The position numbers and the translations under genes were made by a program. A stretch of DNA of 64,000 nucleotides from Amphiscolops sp. MND2022 (lineage: Eukaryota). The number at the start of each line of letters is the position of its first letter. The stretch's first letter is position 1. The notes beneath the pieces were generated by a model. It did not search any database. It saw nothing but the letters and a program-made list of their open reading frames with translations, and was not told the origin of the DNA. Location: the NCBI GenBank assembly GCA_964187785.1, contig OZ076417.1, forward strand, positions 55,118,001 to 55,182,000, read 5' to 3'. Positions 1-11,944 of this stretch are shown here, one piece after another.

Positions 1-559
1 TGTACATAACATACAACTTTAAAAACCCTGATTCGTCATGATGAAAAAATTGTTGCATTCTGATTCTGTTAGACTGTATCGATTACATTGATTGTTTTCT
101 TTAAACACTAGTTTTAAACGTGATGTGATGAGAAAAAATTGTTTGGCTGTCGATTAATTTGGTGTGAAATCTAATCATCTCTGAGCTTAATTAATTGCTG
201 GTTGTATCATAAACATTCATCAGTTGAATGATTGGCTATTTTCAAATTCTTCATTCAGTTTTAATTTAATTCTCTGTCTTCATAGGTGGTTACGTGCTAG
301 ATGAAATCGCCGACTGCGCTGTTGGCCGATAAAATGGGCGTATTCGCTTTTCGCTAACTTTATTTAACTTTTTCTCACGACAGAAAACATGCATTCGTTT
401 TCTTTCAACGACAGAATCGTGGTTAGGTAACTCAGAAATCGGATAGTTAAATTTCAGCGTTAAAATAATTTGTATTCAATAAATTCTAACGTTAAAACTG
501 ATTAAAATTTTGGAGTCGTATCGCTTCAAGTGTGAATGAAATTTCATCGAGATATTTTT

Positions 560-1330
560 AGGAGTCGGAAAAAATTTTCGACTACTTATGCAATCGTGTT
601 GTTTTTTTTTTGTTTTTTTTCTTCCGACCTTTTCATGAAAATTTCAAATTTCTCAAAAACTGTCCATACGATTTTCACGAAATTTTGCACAGTCATTCTA
701 CACCCAAAGGGGCTCCTGCGTGTGCAAAGGCATCAAAATCGTATGGCTGGGATGTGAGAAACATAGCCAAAATTAGCCCAAAAATGGCCAAAAAACAGCC
801 ATTTTTCGACTTTTTTCAATTTTCTCAAAAACTGTCCATACGATTCGAACGAAATTTTCTACAGTTGTTCTACACCATATTAGAGTCCTATTTGTGCAAT
901 GGCATCAACATCGTATGGCTGGGATGTGAGAAACATAGCCAAAATTAGCCCAAAATTGGCCAAAAAACAGCCATTTTTCGACTTTTTTCGATTTTCTCAA
1001 AAACTGTCCATACGATTCGAACGAAATTTTCTACAGATATTCTACACCATATTAGAGTCCTATATGTGCAATGGCATCAAAATCGTATGGCTGGGATGTG
1101 AGAAACATAGCCAAAATTAGCCCAAAAATGGCCAAAAAAGCCATTTTTCGACTTTTTTCGATTTTCTCAAAAACTGTCCATACGATTCGAACGAAATTTT
1201 CTACAAATATTCTACACCATATTAGAGTCCTATATGTGCAATGGCATCAAAATCGTATGGCTGGGATGTGAGAAACATAGCCAAAATTAGCCCAAAAATG
1301 GTCAAAAAAAGGGCCATTTTTCGACTTCAG
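560..1330. repeat. About 171-bp tandem repeat, about 4.5 copies
   Basis: The repeating ORF starts at 899, 1071 and 1241 mark the period (172, 170); a related single unit lies inside the MITE at about 3080-3270. Confidence 0.92.
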
Positions 1331-2673
1331 AAAAAAATACCTAAGCCGACTCCTTTACCGCACATGCGGCTCTGGTTGAATTTCCTGACAAAAAACGGTT
1401 TTGAGATCTCTGCTCAGCTACCGAAAACTAAAAACGAATGAAAAATTGTGCAACTTGATTTTATATCGAATACAGTTAATTTTCTGTTTCGGATTTCCAG
1501 AGATAGCGAATACACTGAATGATTTCAGAATAGCGGAATTAGCTGTAAAATGGAGTTTATAAATCTGAAAATGCAAAAAGATTTTCACAGTAATCAGGAA
1601 ATGAAGCTGATCAAAATCAATTCATTTTTTGCATCCTTTTAAATGAGAAAAGTCAGCGTGTTCACAAACAAACTACATCTCACTTCTGATGCTATGCGAG
1701 TTACATTACTATGATCAAGAAAACGCCCCCTATGGCAATTTTTTGAAATTCATCGGATTCTGCAGATTGTCTACAATTCAATGATATGTTTATTGTTTCA
1801 AAAACATTCTAAATGAAAAATGATAGCATTTTTCACCGCGAAACGTTGATGTCCTATCTTATTATATATAAATCGACGAAATTTTACCTTTCCAGCATGA
1901 TATTTCGAAGACGGTTGATTATTTTTGAAATCAAAATACATCCATGAATTCAGTAGATTTGTAGGGCAACAAAACTGTGGATGAAAGGAGAAAATCGAGC
2001 CTAAAATCGCCCGGATTTTCCTAATCACAGTAGTACTGTATTGTTGCATAACAAGATTGAAAATATTTTCTCAGATATCGAATCATATTCAATTGGGTCC
2101 ACTGACTGCACATTCAGCCAATCGTGCCTGCAGTCTTTCGGCTACTTGTTAGCTTTTATAAGCTAGTTTTTTGTCAGCTTTTGTTTTATTGAAAGCAACT
2201 TTTTTCTTCTGTAGTTTAGGCTTTTTCGATGCTACCCGAGCAATTGGTTTTCTTTTCATTAAAACTTAATGGCTTGAATATTCTGGCACAGCCGTTGAGT
2301 CATTGATATCCTGCCCGTCGAAAGCGATGCATGTTGATACTCAACGGCCCACGTTTTTTTAAAATGTGACTTCCGATTATTTGCCTCTCCGGAGTCGAAT
2401 TATTTAGAATCGAAAATTGCAACTGAAATTTCCACGGTGTAATTATTTAGGATCGAATTTTACAGGGCACTATAGCAATGGTATAATATGAATGAAGTTT
2501 TCACTTCTTTCGATCCTAAATCAAGTCACAAATCCATCCTAGATAACTCTGCACATATTTCGATCCTACATGATTCGACTCGGCACAGCAATCCCCTTTT
2601 GATATGCGAAATTAAGACTAGTGTATTTTGTCTGTTTCAACCCCACTTACAACATTTAGTAAATTCTACTCAC

Positions 2674-2790
2674 CATGGCGCAGTTGGTAATGCTTCTGCC
2701 TGGCAGACACGAGGTCGTGGGTTCGAACCCGGGCTGATACGTTAGGTTTTTAGCGGAAAATATCCGGGTGTTTAGCGGGCGTCTTGTTCA
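2674..2790 (+). repeat. tRNA-derived repeat fragment (second copy at about 14985-15100)
   Basis: A box TGGCGCAGTTGG and B box GGTTCGAACCC, followed by a shared non-tRNA tail TATCC(G/C)GG..TTAGCGGGCGTCTT; no full cloverleaf. Confidence 0.7.
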
Positions 2791-2824
2791 TTAATTAGCA
2801 GTAACGCATTTTTGTGTGTTTCAG

Positions 2825-2979
2825 CGGACAAGCACAGCATCGCGATCAGTGCGATGGGCAACTACCAGGAGTTCCTCAGTACCCGCGTGGCCCCCCTCCG
2901 GGAGATAGACCCCACTCCCCCCAGACAACACGCCTTCGGCAACCCCTACAAAGTGGCCGGCGGGGCTGACAGAGACAAG
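2825..2979 (+). CDS. INTS6: Integrator complex subunit 6, internal exon (upstream exons not identified in window)
   Basis: Peptide DKHSIAISAMGNYQEFLSTRVAPLREIDPTPPRQHAFGNPYK matches the INTS6 motif H-S-x-x-I-x-x-MGNYQE...PLRE-x-DP...H-x-FGNP-F/Y-K. Acceptor tttcag at 2824, donor AAG|GTAC at 2980; joins in phase 0 to MMIDE, as in vertebrate DKKGMMIDE. Confidence 0.92.
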
Positions 2980-2983
2980 GTAC

Positions 2984-3423
2984 TAGAGATGTAACCGGAT
3001 TGAATTTTACCGGATTTCCGGATCCGGATTTTTACCTGATTTTAAAGTGCCGGATTCCGGAACCGGATTCCCGATTTTTGGAAGTCGGAAAAAGTTTCGA
3101 CTACTTATGCAATCGTGTCGTTTTTTTTTGTTTTTTTTTCTCCCTACCTTTCATGATAATTTCAAATTTCTCAAAAACTGTCCATACGATTCGAACAAAA
3201 TTTTCTACAGTCATTTTCTACACCATAATATGGTCCTATGTGTGAAATTTCAATAAATTCGTATGACTGGGATTGGATAATAATGAAATTTAAAGTTAGA
3301 ATTTTCCTCTTGGAAACATTTTTATTTCACAGCTAAAAGTCCGGTAAATCCGGCAAAATTTTTCCGGATTCCGGATTTGAAAATTGGCCGGATTACCGGA
3401 TTCCGGAATCCGGTACATCTCTA
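2984..3423. mobile_element. hAT-type MITE
   Basis: TIRs TAGAGATGTAACCGGATT / AATCCGGTACATCTCTA, CCGGA-rich subterminal repeats, perfect 8-bp TSD CAAGGTAC (2976-2983 and 3424-3431). Confidence 0.9.
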
Positions 3424-3994
3424 CAAGGTACCCTACCCTAGTTTGCAAGAATTTTTCTCTAATTCTTTTTATTTTTGAACAAAGAAATAAGGGGCCGTGC
3501 GAAGCGAAACTATGTAGGTCAACGGGAATGATGGCCCAGAGTTCAAAGGGGCAATTTTATGACTCCCCCTAAAGTTTGCAAGAAATTGAACTCTTCTCCC
3601 AAGTTTCTTCTTACAAAACATGTTATTTTTGCAAGTTTCTTGCAAGGCGATGTCAGTCTTGCAAGAATCTTGCAAGACCATGCAAATCTTGCAAGATGAT
3701 AAATTACACAATCTTGCGAGACATCGCAGTTATGATAACGTAGTCAAAGGGTCTACCAATTGTCGAAAATGATCATTTTCACTGGTTTTTGTCCGGTTTC
3801 TTACAAAACAATGTACGCTTATGATCAATTTAGGTTCGTTCTGCCTAATTTCAAAGTGTTCATCGTGTATAAAATTAAAGAGGGTTATTTGTTATTGCAC
3901 ATGACGAAGTCAATGTGCATTGCAGTCCAGCTTAGAAAGTTTTTTTTCACAATAGTCAACGTCATAATGAGCGCCATTCAGACAAAAGCCAAAA

Positions 3995-4063
3995 CCCCTG
4001 AGAGATTCGAACCTGCAGCCTCCCGATTGCACGGCATAAGTGTTGACCACTGTGCCATAGGGA
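3995..4063 (-). repeat. tRNA-like fragment (SINE head or tRNA pseudogene)
   Basis: Minus strand TCCCTATGGCACAGTGG...GGTTCGAATCTCTCAGGGG; A and B boxes present, T-stem poorly paired. Confidence 0.55.
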
Positions 4064-4468
4064 CGTTATTGAACAAAGTTGAACTGTTGAATATATACGC
4101 ATGCGATTAAAATAATATATATACGCATATTAAAATAATCGATGTCTTCGTCATGTGTTGCGAAGCACCGCTTCGCCTCTGTGTTCAATGTACATCGAAA
4201 TTTTGTTTTAGTCACAGTAGTCAGTCCCTTGTTGGGCCTACGGCCCCTGCTTGACTTCTCCAGGGGTCAGGTTCCCGGCTTTATAGGGAGACATGTCCGA
4301 AACTACCATCTTTCTCGGATGTTTTGTGAACTCCAATTATCAGCCTCTAAAAACCACGTTTATTTTTGATGTTCTTCAGAAAAACACTGTGGTACCAAAA
4401 AGCTAAAGGCACTCGAATTCGCTCATTAAAAGTTTCAAAGTGCTGTAGATTTTTCATATTCATTTGAC

Positions 4469-4796
4469 GGTACTCCTGACTAAGTGTGGTCCCAAGCGAT
4501 TTCTCCTTACTAAGTGTGGTCCCTATTTTATAAGTGTGGTCCCTGCATAGTTTGTCGGAAATTTTATATTACGTCGTCAGCTATGTTCACATACCCCTAG
4601 TGCCCTAAATGCAGGAGCGAAGCGAAGCGGAGCGACGTGCCGTGTGGCCATGCCTCAATGTTGCTACTTGGCGAAGGGAGCGAAGCGACCGAGCCATACA
4701 ACAAATATGCTAACCTCTTCTAGGGACCACACTTAGTCAGGAGTTTTCAGGCCGGCTGCATACGTTTTATAGGGACCACACTTAGTCAGGAGTACC
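4469..4796. mobile_element. MITE with 25-bp TIRs and 8-bp TSD (Merlin-like or hAT-like)
   Basis: Perfect TIR GGTACTCCTGACTAAGTGTGGTCCC; TSD CATTTGAC (4461-4468 and 4797-4804); the TAAGTGTGGTCCC sub-motif is reiterated inside both ends. Confidence 0.9.
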
Positions 4797-5022
4797 CATT
4801 TGACAAAACAGTCTCTGGAGCAAAAACTCTTCAAAATTCGATCAAATTGCAACCCTTTTCATTTGAAATCAAAGAATAGCTAATATAGCCGCTAAAATGG
4901 TCACTGATTAGCGGTCTTGAAACTCCGGTAATTATAACTAAATAGTATTTTTCTAGATCATTTTTGAAATAACTAAATTTTTTAGAATTACTTGGAAAAT
5001 AACCTCGTTTCGTTTCACGCAG

Positions 5023-5230
5023 ATGATGATCGACGAAACAGAAGACTACGACGAGCACCAAGTGTCCTCGTCGATGACCAATCAGAATGCAGGCTCTTCG
5101 TCGCCCAATAAGAGAGCGGCTTCCCCGATGATATACAAGCCTGGCAAACGAATCAGAGCGCCGAGCACACCGCCTCCGCCAATCAACAGCTCAGGAGGAT
5201 ACTCGTCAGTTAGCAAGATGATGAAAAATC
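5023..5230 (+). CDS. INTS6: INTS6 exon (MMIDE, low-complexity region)
   Basis: Acceptor cacgcag then ATG ATG ATC GAC GAA; donor AATC|GTGAGT at 5231; the phase-1 end fits the next exon. Confidence 0.88.
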
Positions 5231-6122
5231 GTGAGTTGATGCTTCTTGAAATTCCAAAAGCGAGCGTACTCGTTATCTCATGAAATCCGAGACAGAAAAC
5301 CAACTCTATTCGCTATAAATTAAAGTTACACAATTTTTTCATTCGTTTTTGGTTTTTGTTAGCTGTGCCTAAAAAAACTAAGAAATAGTTTGATGGAATT
5401 TCGCTCACACTTTCAACACTTCAAGCTATAACAATTTGAAAACTTTGATCTTTTTCTAACCTTTGATATTCGCGAAAGCGATCAAGTTCAATGGTGAAAT
5501 TTAACTCTCGGATTTTTGAGTTAGCCAACGATAGATAATTCTATTGTTACGAGAAAGCGATGCATTTTTTCTGACGTGAGAAATTGTAAGAAAACGTTAG
5601 TGAATAGTGAATGCGCCCATTGAGTACAAACTATGCTCGAAACTATCTGCGCAAATGTCTTTCGAGCGTTTCCAACAAAAGTTGCGTAAAAAAGTTTTCC
5701 TGTTACTATTCCGCAATTACCCGTTTCTTTTCGCCATCGTTTCTGCGAAAAATCCGTTAATTGTATCCTCTAAGTTCATATATGGCCCATGAAATATTAT
5801 TTTTTTGACCATGTTTCTTACCAGACCATGTTTCCTAGACGATTTTAGCTTGTTCTAGGCGTGAAATATTGCTATTTTGAGTTTAAATTATCAAAAAATC
5901 ACACTATATTTTGGCAGCACGTGTCAAAACTGCTGTAGAGACAACGTTCTAAGACAAACCATTCATGTAAAAAACGATTCACGAAAAAAGTGGTTTTCGT
6001 TTTTTTTTGGGGGGGGATGTAAGAGACATCGAAGGTTTTCTATCGAAAGATCACCGTTGATGCAGAAGAATTGATTTCTGACAAGCTGAAAAAGGTCTTC
6101 TCAGAAGTTATTTTGTTTTCAG

Positions 6123-6413
6123 TGAAAACGAGAGTAAGAGAAAGAAGAAAGAGTAAAAACGGATCTTTGTCCTCGGCTGAAAATCAAGACCGTTCTCCCA
6201 ACACCGGGCATGCATCTTCCCTGTCTCCCATCCAAGAGGGCATGGGCGCTGAAACGGCGGGAAAAGACGCGGCACGGGGTGACTCCATTGGGTTGATCCC
6301 GGCCCCTGAAAGTTCCAAGGCGCCCCCGAAGTTTGATGAGGAAAAGTGGAAAAAGAAGACCGATGAATTAGTTCACGCGATTTGTAGACTAATAAGATAC
6401 CCCAACCCTCAAG
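6123..6413 (+). CDS. INTS6: INTS6 exon (start of C-terminal domain)
   Basis: Acceptor ttgttttcag; phase-1 join gives CTG; ends ...TDELVHAICRLIRYPNPQ, comparable to the INTS6 C-terminal EIRKPG segment; donor CAAG|GTTATC at 6414. Confidence 0.8.
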
Positions 6414-6502
6414 GTTATCATCTTTTTTGTCCTACTCTGCATTTTCCAAAGAAAGATTAACCTAACCCTAAATTGCATAGCGGTACCTAAAAGGAGCATG
6501 CA

Positions 6503-6978
6503 TTTTTACTCGGCGCCTTTTCCCTTAGGGAAAAAAGCCCGACTATTACAGTGGGTAGTTTTTTTCAGCTGACAATCATTGTTTTTGATCTCACTCTGTC
6601 CACTTTTTACAATCTTTTGTTCATTTGTTCAACTAATTTTCTGAGAAGCAGGAGATCGCGGGTTCGATTCTCGCACTAAACCACATTTTTTTAATGCTTC
6701 CAAAAATAGAGGCGAGACCAAAGGGTCCCCCTTTAGTTTTTTTTCGGCACTATGCGACTTTTTTTGGAAATTTTCGAACTCTATTAAAGGGTACCCTCTT
6801 GCATTTTTTGAAGTTTTCGGTTTGTAAAAACGTTTAATGAGCCTAAATGGCATCTTTTCGGCATTGTGCGACTTTTTTAAAAAATACCCAAAAAATTTTC
6901 AAAATGTTTCCAATAGTTGTTCCTTGAATATTTTTGATCCTTAGATATGGCGCCGACTTGGGACGTTCCCGTCTTGTT
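6503..6978 (-). mobile_element. DINE-1/HINE-like dispersed repeat
   Basis: Reverse copy of the family with head AACAAGACGGGAACGTC..AAGTCGGCGC and tail GGCGCCGA(C/G)TAAAAA. Confidence 0.75.
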
Positions 6979-7605
6979 TCAACTTCTGATTCATTTTGCC
7001 AGAAGCCCATTTTCTTTACCACAGTTTTTATTTAACAATTTATTTGTACCGTTTTTGGTCCGAAAGGCACAAGCAATTAGTGAAGTTTTCTCCAACGTTG
7101 AGAAAAATGTTTGTCTTGTGACGAAAAGGTCGAACTTTTCAGAAATTCCCTTTGTGGCAAAATCCAATTTTCTCTAAAAGTCCTTGACCCATAAAGAAAG
7201 GCAACCCCAAATCCTTTTACAAGACCTTGCGCGACAAAACCGACTGATATACTGATGTTACTAAAAGCCCCCGCCCGCGCAACACAGTTATTAAACCAAT
7301 AGACTCACCCATTGTTGCTAACTAATCTATATGCAGCTACTCTCACAGACCTCTCTTCATAATACTTGTATTTCCTCTATTTTTTCGGCACTGTGCGACT
7401 TTTCTTCGAAAAAACTGCTTGCTCAAAGTGTATCCCCTTCACTTTCATGAATTTTGTCGGCTTGGAAAACAGTTTAGCGAAATTGAGGGGTCTTGGGTTT
7501 TCTGGCACTGAGAAAGTGATGAAGTTTCAACAATTAGTGTCCTTTCCATTTTTAAGAAACTTGGTTTTGTTCATTTTTTAGCATTTGAATTTCGTTTGCT
7601 TTCAG

Positions 7606-7805
7606 TGGGAGAGTCAATTGAAGCGCTGTGCAATAAACTGGATGGCCCGTGGTCACATCAAAGCAGTGTGATCAAATTCCTCCTCTCGGAAGCGGACAAG
7701 TTCAAGAGGTACGCAGTGGCTGCCAGACTGAAAGACCGTCTGGAGTTGTTCACGCACAGCCACCACCACACTTCATCCAAAACACCAGTCGTTCAAATCG
7801 AATGA
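7606..7805 (+). CDS. INTS6: INTS6 terminal coding exon
   Basis: Acceptor ttgctttcag; phase-1 join gives GTG; SVIKFLLSEADKFKRYAVAARL aligns with the INTS6 C-terminal helix (VIKEASRFKK...L); TGA at 7803-7805. Confidence 0.88.
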
Positions 7806-7890
7806 ATGACGTAACTCTCGTGACGTAATCATGCCCGCCCGATTACGTCGTTGGGCGTGACGTCACGGAAAGATTGATGTCACGGTGAAG

Positions 7891-8244
7891 CAGAGTTTTG
7901 ACACCGCTCGTCAGGAGAAAGTGGCCGGGACTGGATTTTTTGTGATTTCAGTAGCGGTTCAGATAAGCGGTAACCAATGAAATGCTCAAATTGAAAATTT
8001 ACTCAGAAGTTCAAAATGCATTTCGAAAAACTTCAATTTTTTCCTTCGTATAACCCACTATGTATGAGAACTTCCGATTTTTTAACTGGCAAAGACTAAA
8101 TCAAATTATCATTCAATATTGAAAGATAAATCCGTAGTTGAAGCGAACATTCAATAGCTTGAAATATAAAATTTTCAAGCCAATTAGCGATTTGAAATAA
8201 GCGGTTCAGCGGTAAGCGGAACAAATAGCGGTTTCAAAACCCTG
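7891..8244. mobile_element. Degenerate hAT-like MITE downstream of the INTS6 stop
   Basis: 18-bp TIRs CAGAGTTTTGACACCGCT / AGCGGTTTCAAAACCCTG (2 mismatches), internal AGCGG repeats; no TSD preserved. Confidence 0.55.
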
Positions 8245-8508
8245 CATTCAATAGCGGCGTTATTTGGCTTCTTTGAAAGTTTTTGTCGATCTGTGGGAAG
8301 TAAAAAGGTTCTCAAATCTGTTTGATGGTGAACAAGTTGAACAAACTGACGACGAATAACTGTTGGATGGAGAATGAACAATGAGTATTTTCTCTAGTAT
8401 CTTCTGATTTCTTCTCGTTTTTCTGTCTGGTTGCATTAATGTCCCCTAACGGCGGCAACAGCGGCTGTTGGAGTTCCTACACTAGTGTGAGAAATGTTCG
8501 CGACGTGT

Positions 8509-8859
8509 ACAGACAAAAGCGCCCCAATAAAAAAACGTCTCGCTACTTTTAGGGCTAATTTCCCCGCGTCTAATTGAATCCGCTTCCAGTTAAACCTAAT
8601 TGAATGTGTTCAAATAACACAATATTTCACTGGTATTACCGGTGTGGTTTGACATTTCCATACCCAAACAATTTCAATTTAAAACTACTTAAATTCCTAA
8701 TTTTGAATTTTCTAACATTTCCTAGTGAAATAATTTGTCGATGCGTTGTTTTAAAATGAAAAACTTATAATTATTTAATTAGAGTGAAGAACTTAAAGTG
8801 GATGATGTGAAAGATTCAGCAAATCCACTGTAGTGTTTGATTGGGGCGCTTTTGTCTGT
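8509..8859. mobile_element. MITE-like element
   Basis: 20-bp inverted repeat ACAGACAAAAGCGCCCCAAT / ATTGGGGCGCTTTTGTCTGT; TSD unclear. Confidence 0.55.
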
Positions 8860-9491
8860 CAACCCATTATCAAGTAAACAAGAATTGAAACTAGTTGAAA
8901 TTTCAGGAAACCGGTGTTCAACACTTTCCGAAGTTCTGGGATGGTTTTCGAGTTTTTAGGGAAAATATTTTTGTCCGAAACACTATTTCTCGTTTGGAAG
9001 GATACAAAAAATCGAAACGATTCTGAATCAAGATCAGCCTCATTTTCTGATCTCCTGATGAAAACCTAATTTCACGATTTTTCCAAATTATAAACTCCAT
9101 TTTAGGTCTGATTCCGCTGTTCTGAAATTATTTATTTGGCCAATAGCGCCGTCGGCTGATTGACCTAGCACCGTATAGAAGATAAGAACATTTGTCACAC
9201 TTCTGTACATTTGCTTCGAGATGTGTACATGTACGTAGTAGTTATTATTATTGCTTCTTCGAGTTTTGTAAATTTGTCCATATTTGTCGTCTTCTCAATT
9301 CTATCTCGGTTGTTACGCAATTATTACGTAAACGTTTCCTCCCCACCCCACCCCCATGTTATCCTATCCCCTCATGTCCCCTTAAACAACCTTCCTTTCG
9401 GATAAATTAATCGTTGCATTACTTACATCTTTTCTCACACAGCTCAGTTATAGGAGAAAAAACTTAGTTCTCTTCACGTAATATAAATACG

Positions 9492-9957
9492 AACAAGACG
9501 GGAACGTCTAAAGTCGGCGTTATTTCTAAGGCTCAAAAAGCGTGGTTTTAAAATATGCGCAGGACGTTTTAATGAAAAACTCGAACCTCCGCCTCCTCCC
9601 TAATGAAACGACAGTATAGTTCGGATATAACGTCAAAAGTTCGGATATAGCGCTTCACTTCAGATATTACGAGTGGGGATTTTAAAAAATCGAAGGGGAA
9701 CCCTTTGGAGACAAAAAATTCGAAGTGTCAGCACCGAAAAAATTCCCTTTAGTCTCGTCCGGTTTTGTGGGTTACGTTAAAAATGAAAATACGTTACGTA
9801 CTCCCTTTGCATAAGTTTCCACTGGCTGGACTTGGCCTCAGTAGTTTTAGTAGTTTCTGTAAAAAGTGGACCTTTCAGTGTGAGGTCTGTGGTCTGGAGA
9901 AAAAAAATCACTGTAAAAGTTGGGCATTTTTGCTTCATAAAAAACGGCGACTAAAAA
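9492..9957 (+). mobile_element. DINE-1/HINE-like dispersed repeat
   Basis: Family head at 9492; tail CGGCGACTAAAAA. Confidence 0.75.
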
Positions 9958-10544
9958 TGTGCGGGAATCAATTTTTTGGTACCTACACTAAATGCTACGT
10001 TCATGGCTAGTACTGAAATAAAGAATCAAAACGAATGGACACAGAATAAAGTCTTAGTTCAGAACTAAAGTACTTTTAAGAAAGCTGGAACATCAAAACG
10101 CTTTTCAAATAGCAAAAATCTATTGAAATGCCAATCTGAAATTAAATTCCTCAGAGTTGATTGAGATCAAAGTGTCCTGGAGGTGACCCGATACCAGAAA
10201 CTGAAACCACGCCAGGGTTTTCGAAACACTGTCCCAATTACGACCGAGCTTCGCCGTCATTACACAGGGTCCCAGATTCAACCTCCTGAAACAGAACCAA
10301 AGAACTGAATTGCGTGACAGTGAACTTAATTTTGAAAGAAAGCAAAAAGCAATATTTTTGGTCAAAACTCTGGGACTTAGTTTCAAATGCTCGCATATAC
10401 CGCAAAATAGGATACAAAAATCTCAACTAGATTACTTTAATTACACTTGCGATAAGCAAGTGTTATGGGAAAGTGCGGGTGCTTTTTTTCCGCGCGACAA
10501 CTCTCATTTCACGCGGCAACTCGCACGTTTCACGCGTTCGTGGT

Positions 10545-11560
10545 CTAGTGGTAAGATGCCTGCTTTTTCAACCCAGAGGTTTCGTGTTCGAACCCGTGGG
10601 TATGCGCTAATTTTTTTACAAGTATTCCGAAGCAGAAGGTTCTGACTTTTTTCGGCACTATGAGACTTTTCGGCTTTGTGAGACTTTTTTTCGAAATTTT
10701 TTAAATGTCCCCAAAGAGTCCTCCTTTCAATTTTTTTGATATTTTGCAACAGAACGAATGTTGAAAAATCCCAAAAGGTCCCCCTTTTTTCAGAATTTTC
10801 GGCACTATGAGACTGTTCAAAATTCTCATTTTTTAAAAAAACTTTTCAAAGACTCCTCATTTTTTGTTTTTTTTTCAAAAATGTTCAATGTTTACAGAGG
10901 GTCCACCGTTCTGTTTGTTTGATATTTTGCAACAGAACGAATGTTAAAAAATCCCAAAGGGTCCCTTTCTCCAGATTTTTCGGCACTATAAGACTGCCAT
11001 TAAAATTTCTATTTTTTGTTTTTTTTTCGGAATTTTTTTAAAGACTCCGAAGAGTCCCCCTTCAATTTTTCGAAATTTTGCAACAGAATGGGTATTAAAA
11101 ATTCTCAAAAGTTCCCCTCTTTCACAGTTTTCGGCATTGTGAGATTTTACAAAAGGAATAATTTTCGTGTTAAAATTTCGAGGTTTTCTCAGGCCCAGTA
11201 CGCTATATCCGATTTTTGTTTTTTTAAAATAAAAAAAGACCAGTTTTTTTCTATGCCACTTTTTTTAAAATTTGTTTCACCGAAGCCCCTCCTCAATTTT
11301 TGCCGGAAACGAAAAGTTTTGCGAGAGTTAACGACTCCTCAAGGTTTTCGCCACTATGCGACTTACCGGAGACCATCAAAAATATTTTTGAAAAAATTTT
11401 TCCTCATTTTTTGTTTTTTTTTTAAAAGGTTTTTCGTTGAGAAAGATGGTTTTTTGCTGTTTTCAGTTGGGGAAGAATGGTTCTCGAGACTTATGCGTAT
11501 CCCTTCGGGTATTTTTGGCGCTGTAAAATTGATGAAATTTTAATGTCCTTTTACCCTTGG
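10545..11560 (-). repeat. Related subfamily made of tandem internal subrepeats, with a tRNA-like segment at about 10545-10600
   Basis: Reiterated TTTTCGGCACTATGAGACT...GGGTCCCC...TTTTGCAACAGAA units; A/B-box-like GTGGTCTAGTGG and GTTCGAACCC. Confidence 0.6.
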
Positions 11561-11944
11561 TTCTTCGTATGATATTGCTTATTTGGTTTCTTCAAAAGTT
11601 CGCAAGTGTTTGCGAAGCACGGCTTCGCCTTTGTGTAAAACTCGTCAATATTTTTCCGCATTTGAAAGAAAAATGCCTCCGCAAAATGAATTCAATCATA
11701 AACTCCATAAAAATCAAATTTTATTAGAAACGTTTTGCCCATGAAAATCTGTAAATGGCGGAAATTGTCTTTATTTTCCTTGACGTTTCTCTCAAAAACA
11801 CGCGAAATTGAAGACAATTCCTAATGAATAGCTGAGAAAAAGCATTGCATCAGGGAATCATCCAAAGTCACGCTTAAAGTGTTTGTCAACCTTAATGAAC
11901 ATGTAAAACTTCCGAGCAGATTCAACAGGTAAGCAATGGTTCGA

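Noticed and set aside
560-1330. CRISPR array or alpha-satellite
   Set aside because: The units are contiguous with no unique spacers; the length match to primate alpha satellite is coincidental, with no recognisable sequence similarity.
610-1441. Repeated ORFs MASKSYGWDVRNIAKISPK
   Set aside because: Translations of the 171-bp tandem unit; the frame shifts between copies.
2674-4063. Functional tRNA genes here and at about 6650, 10545, 14990 and 42050
   Set aside because: A/B boxes are present but the stems do not close into a cloverleaf, and the copies share repeat-family flanks.
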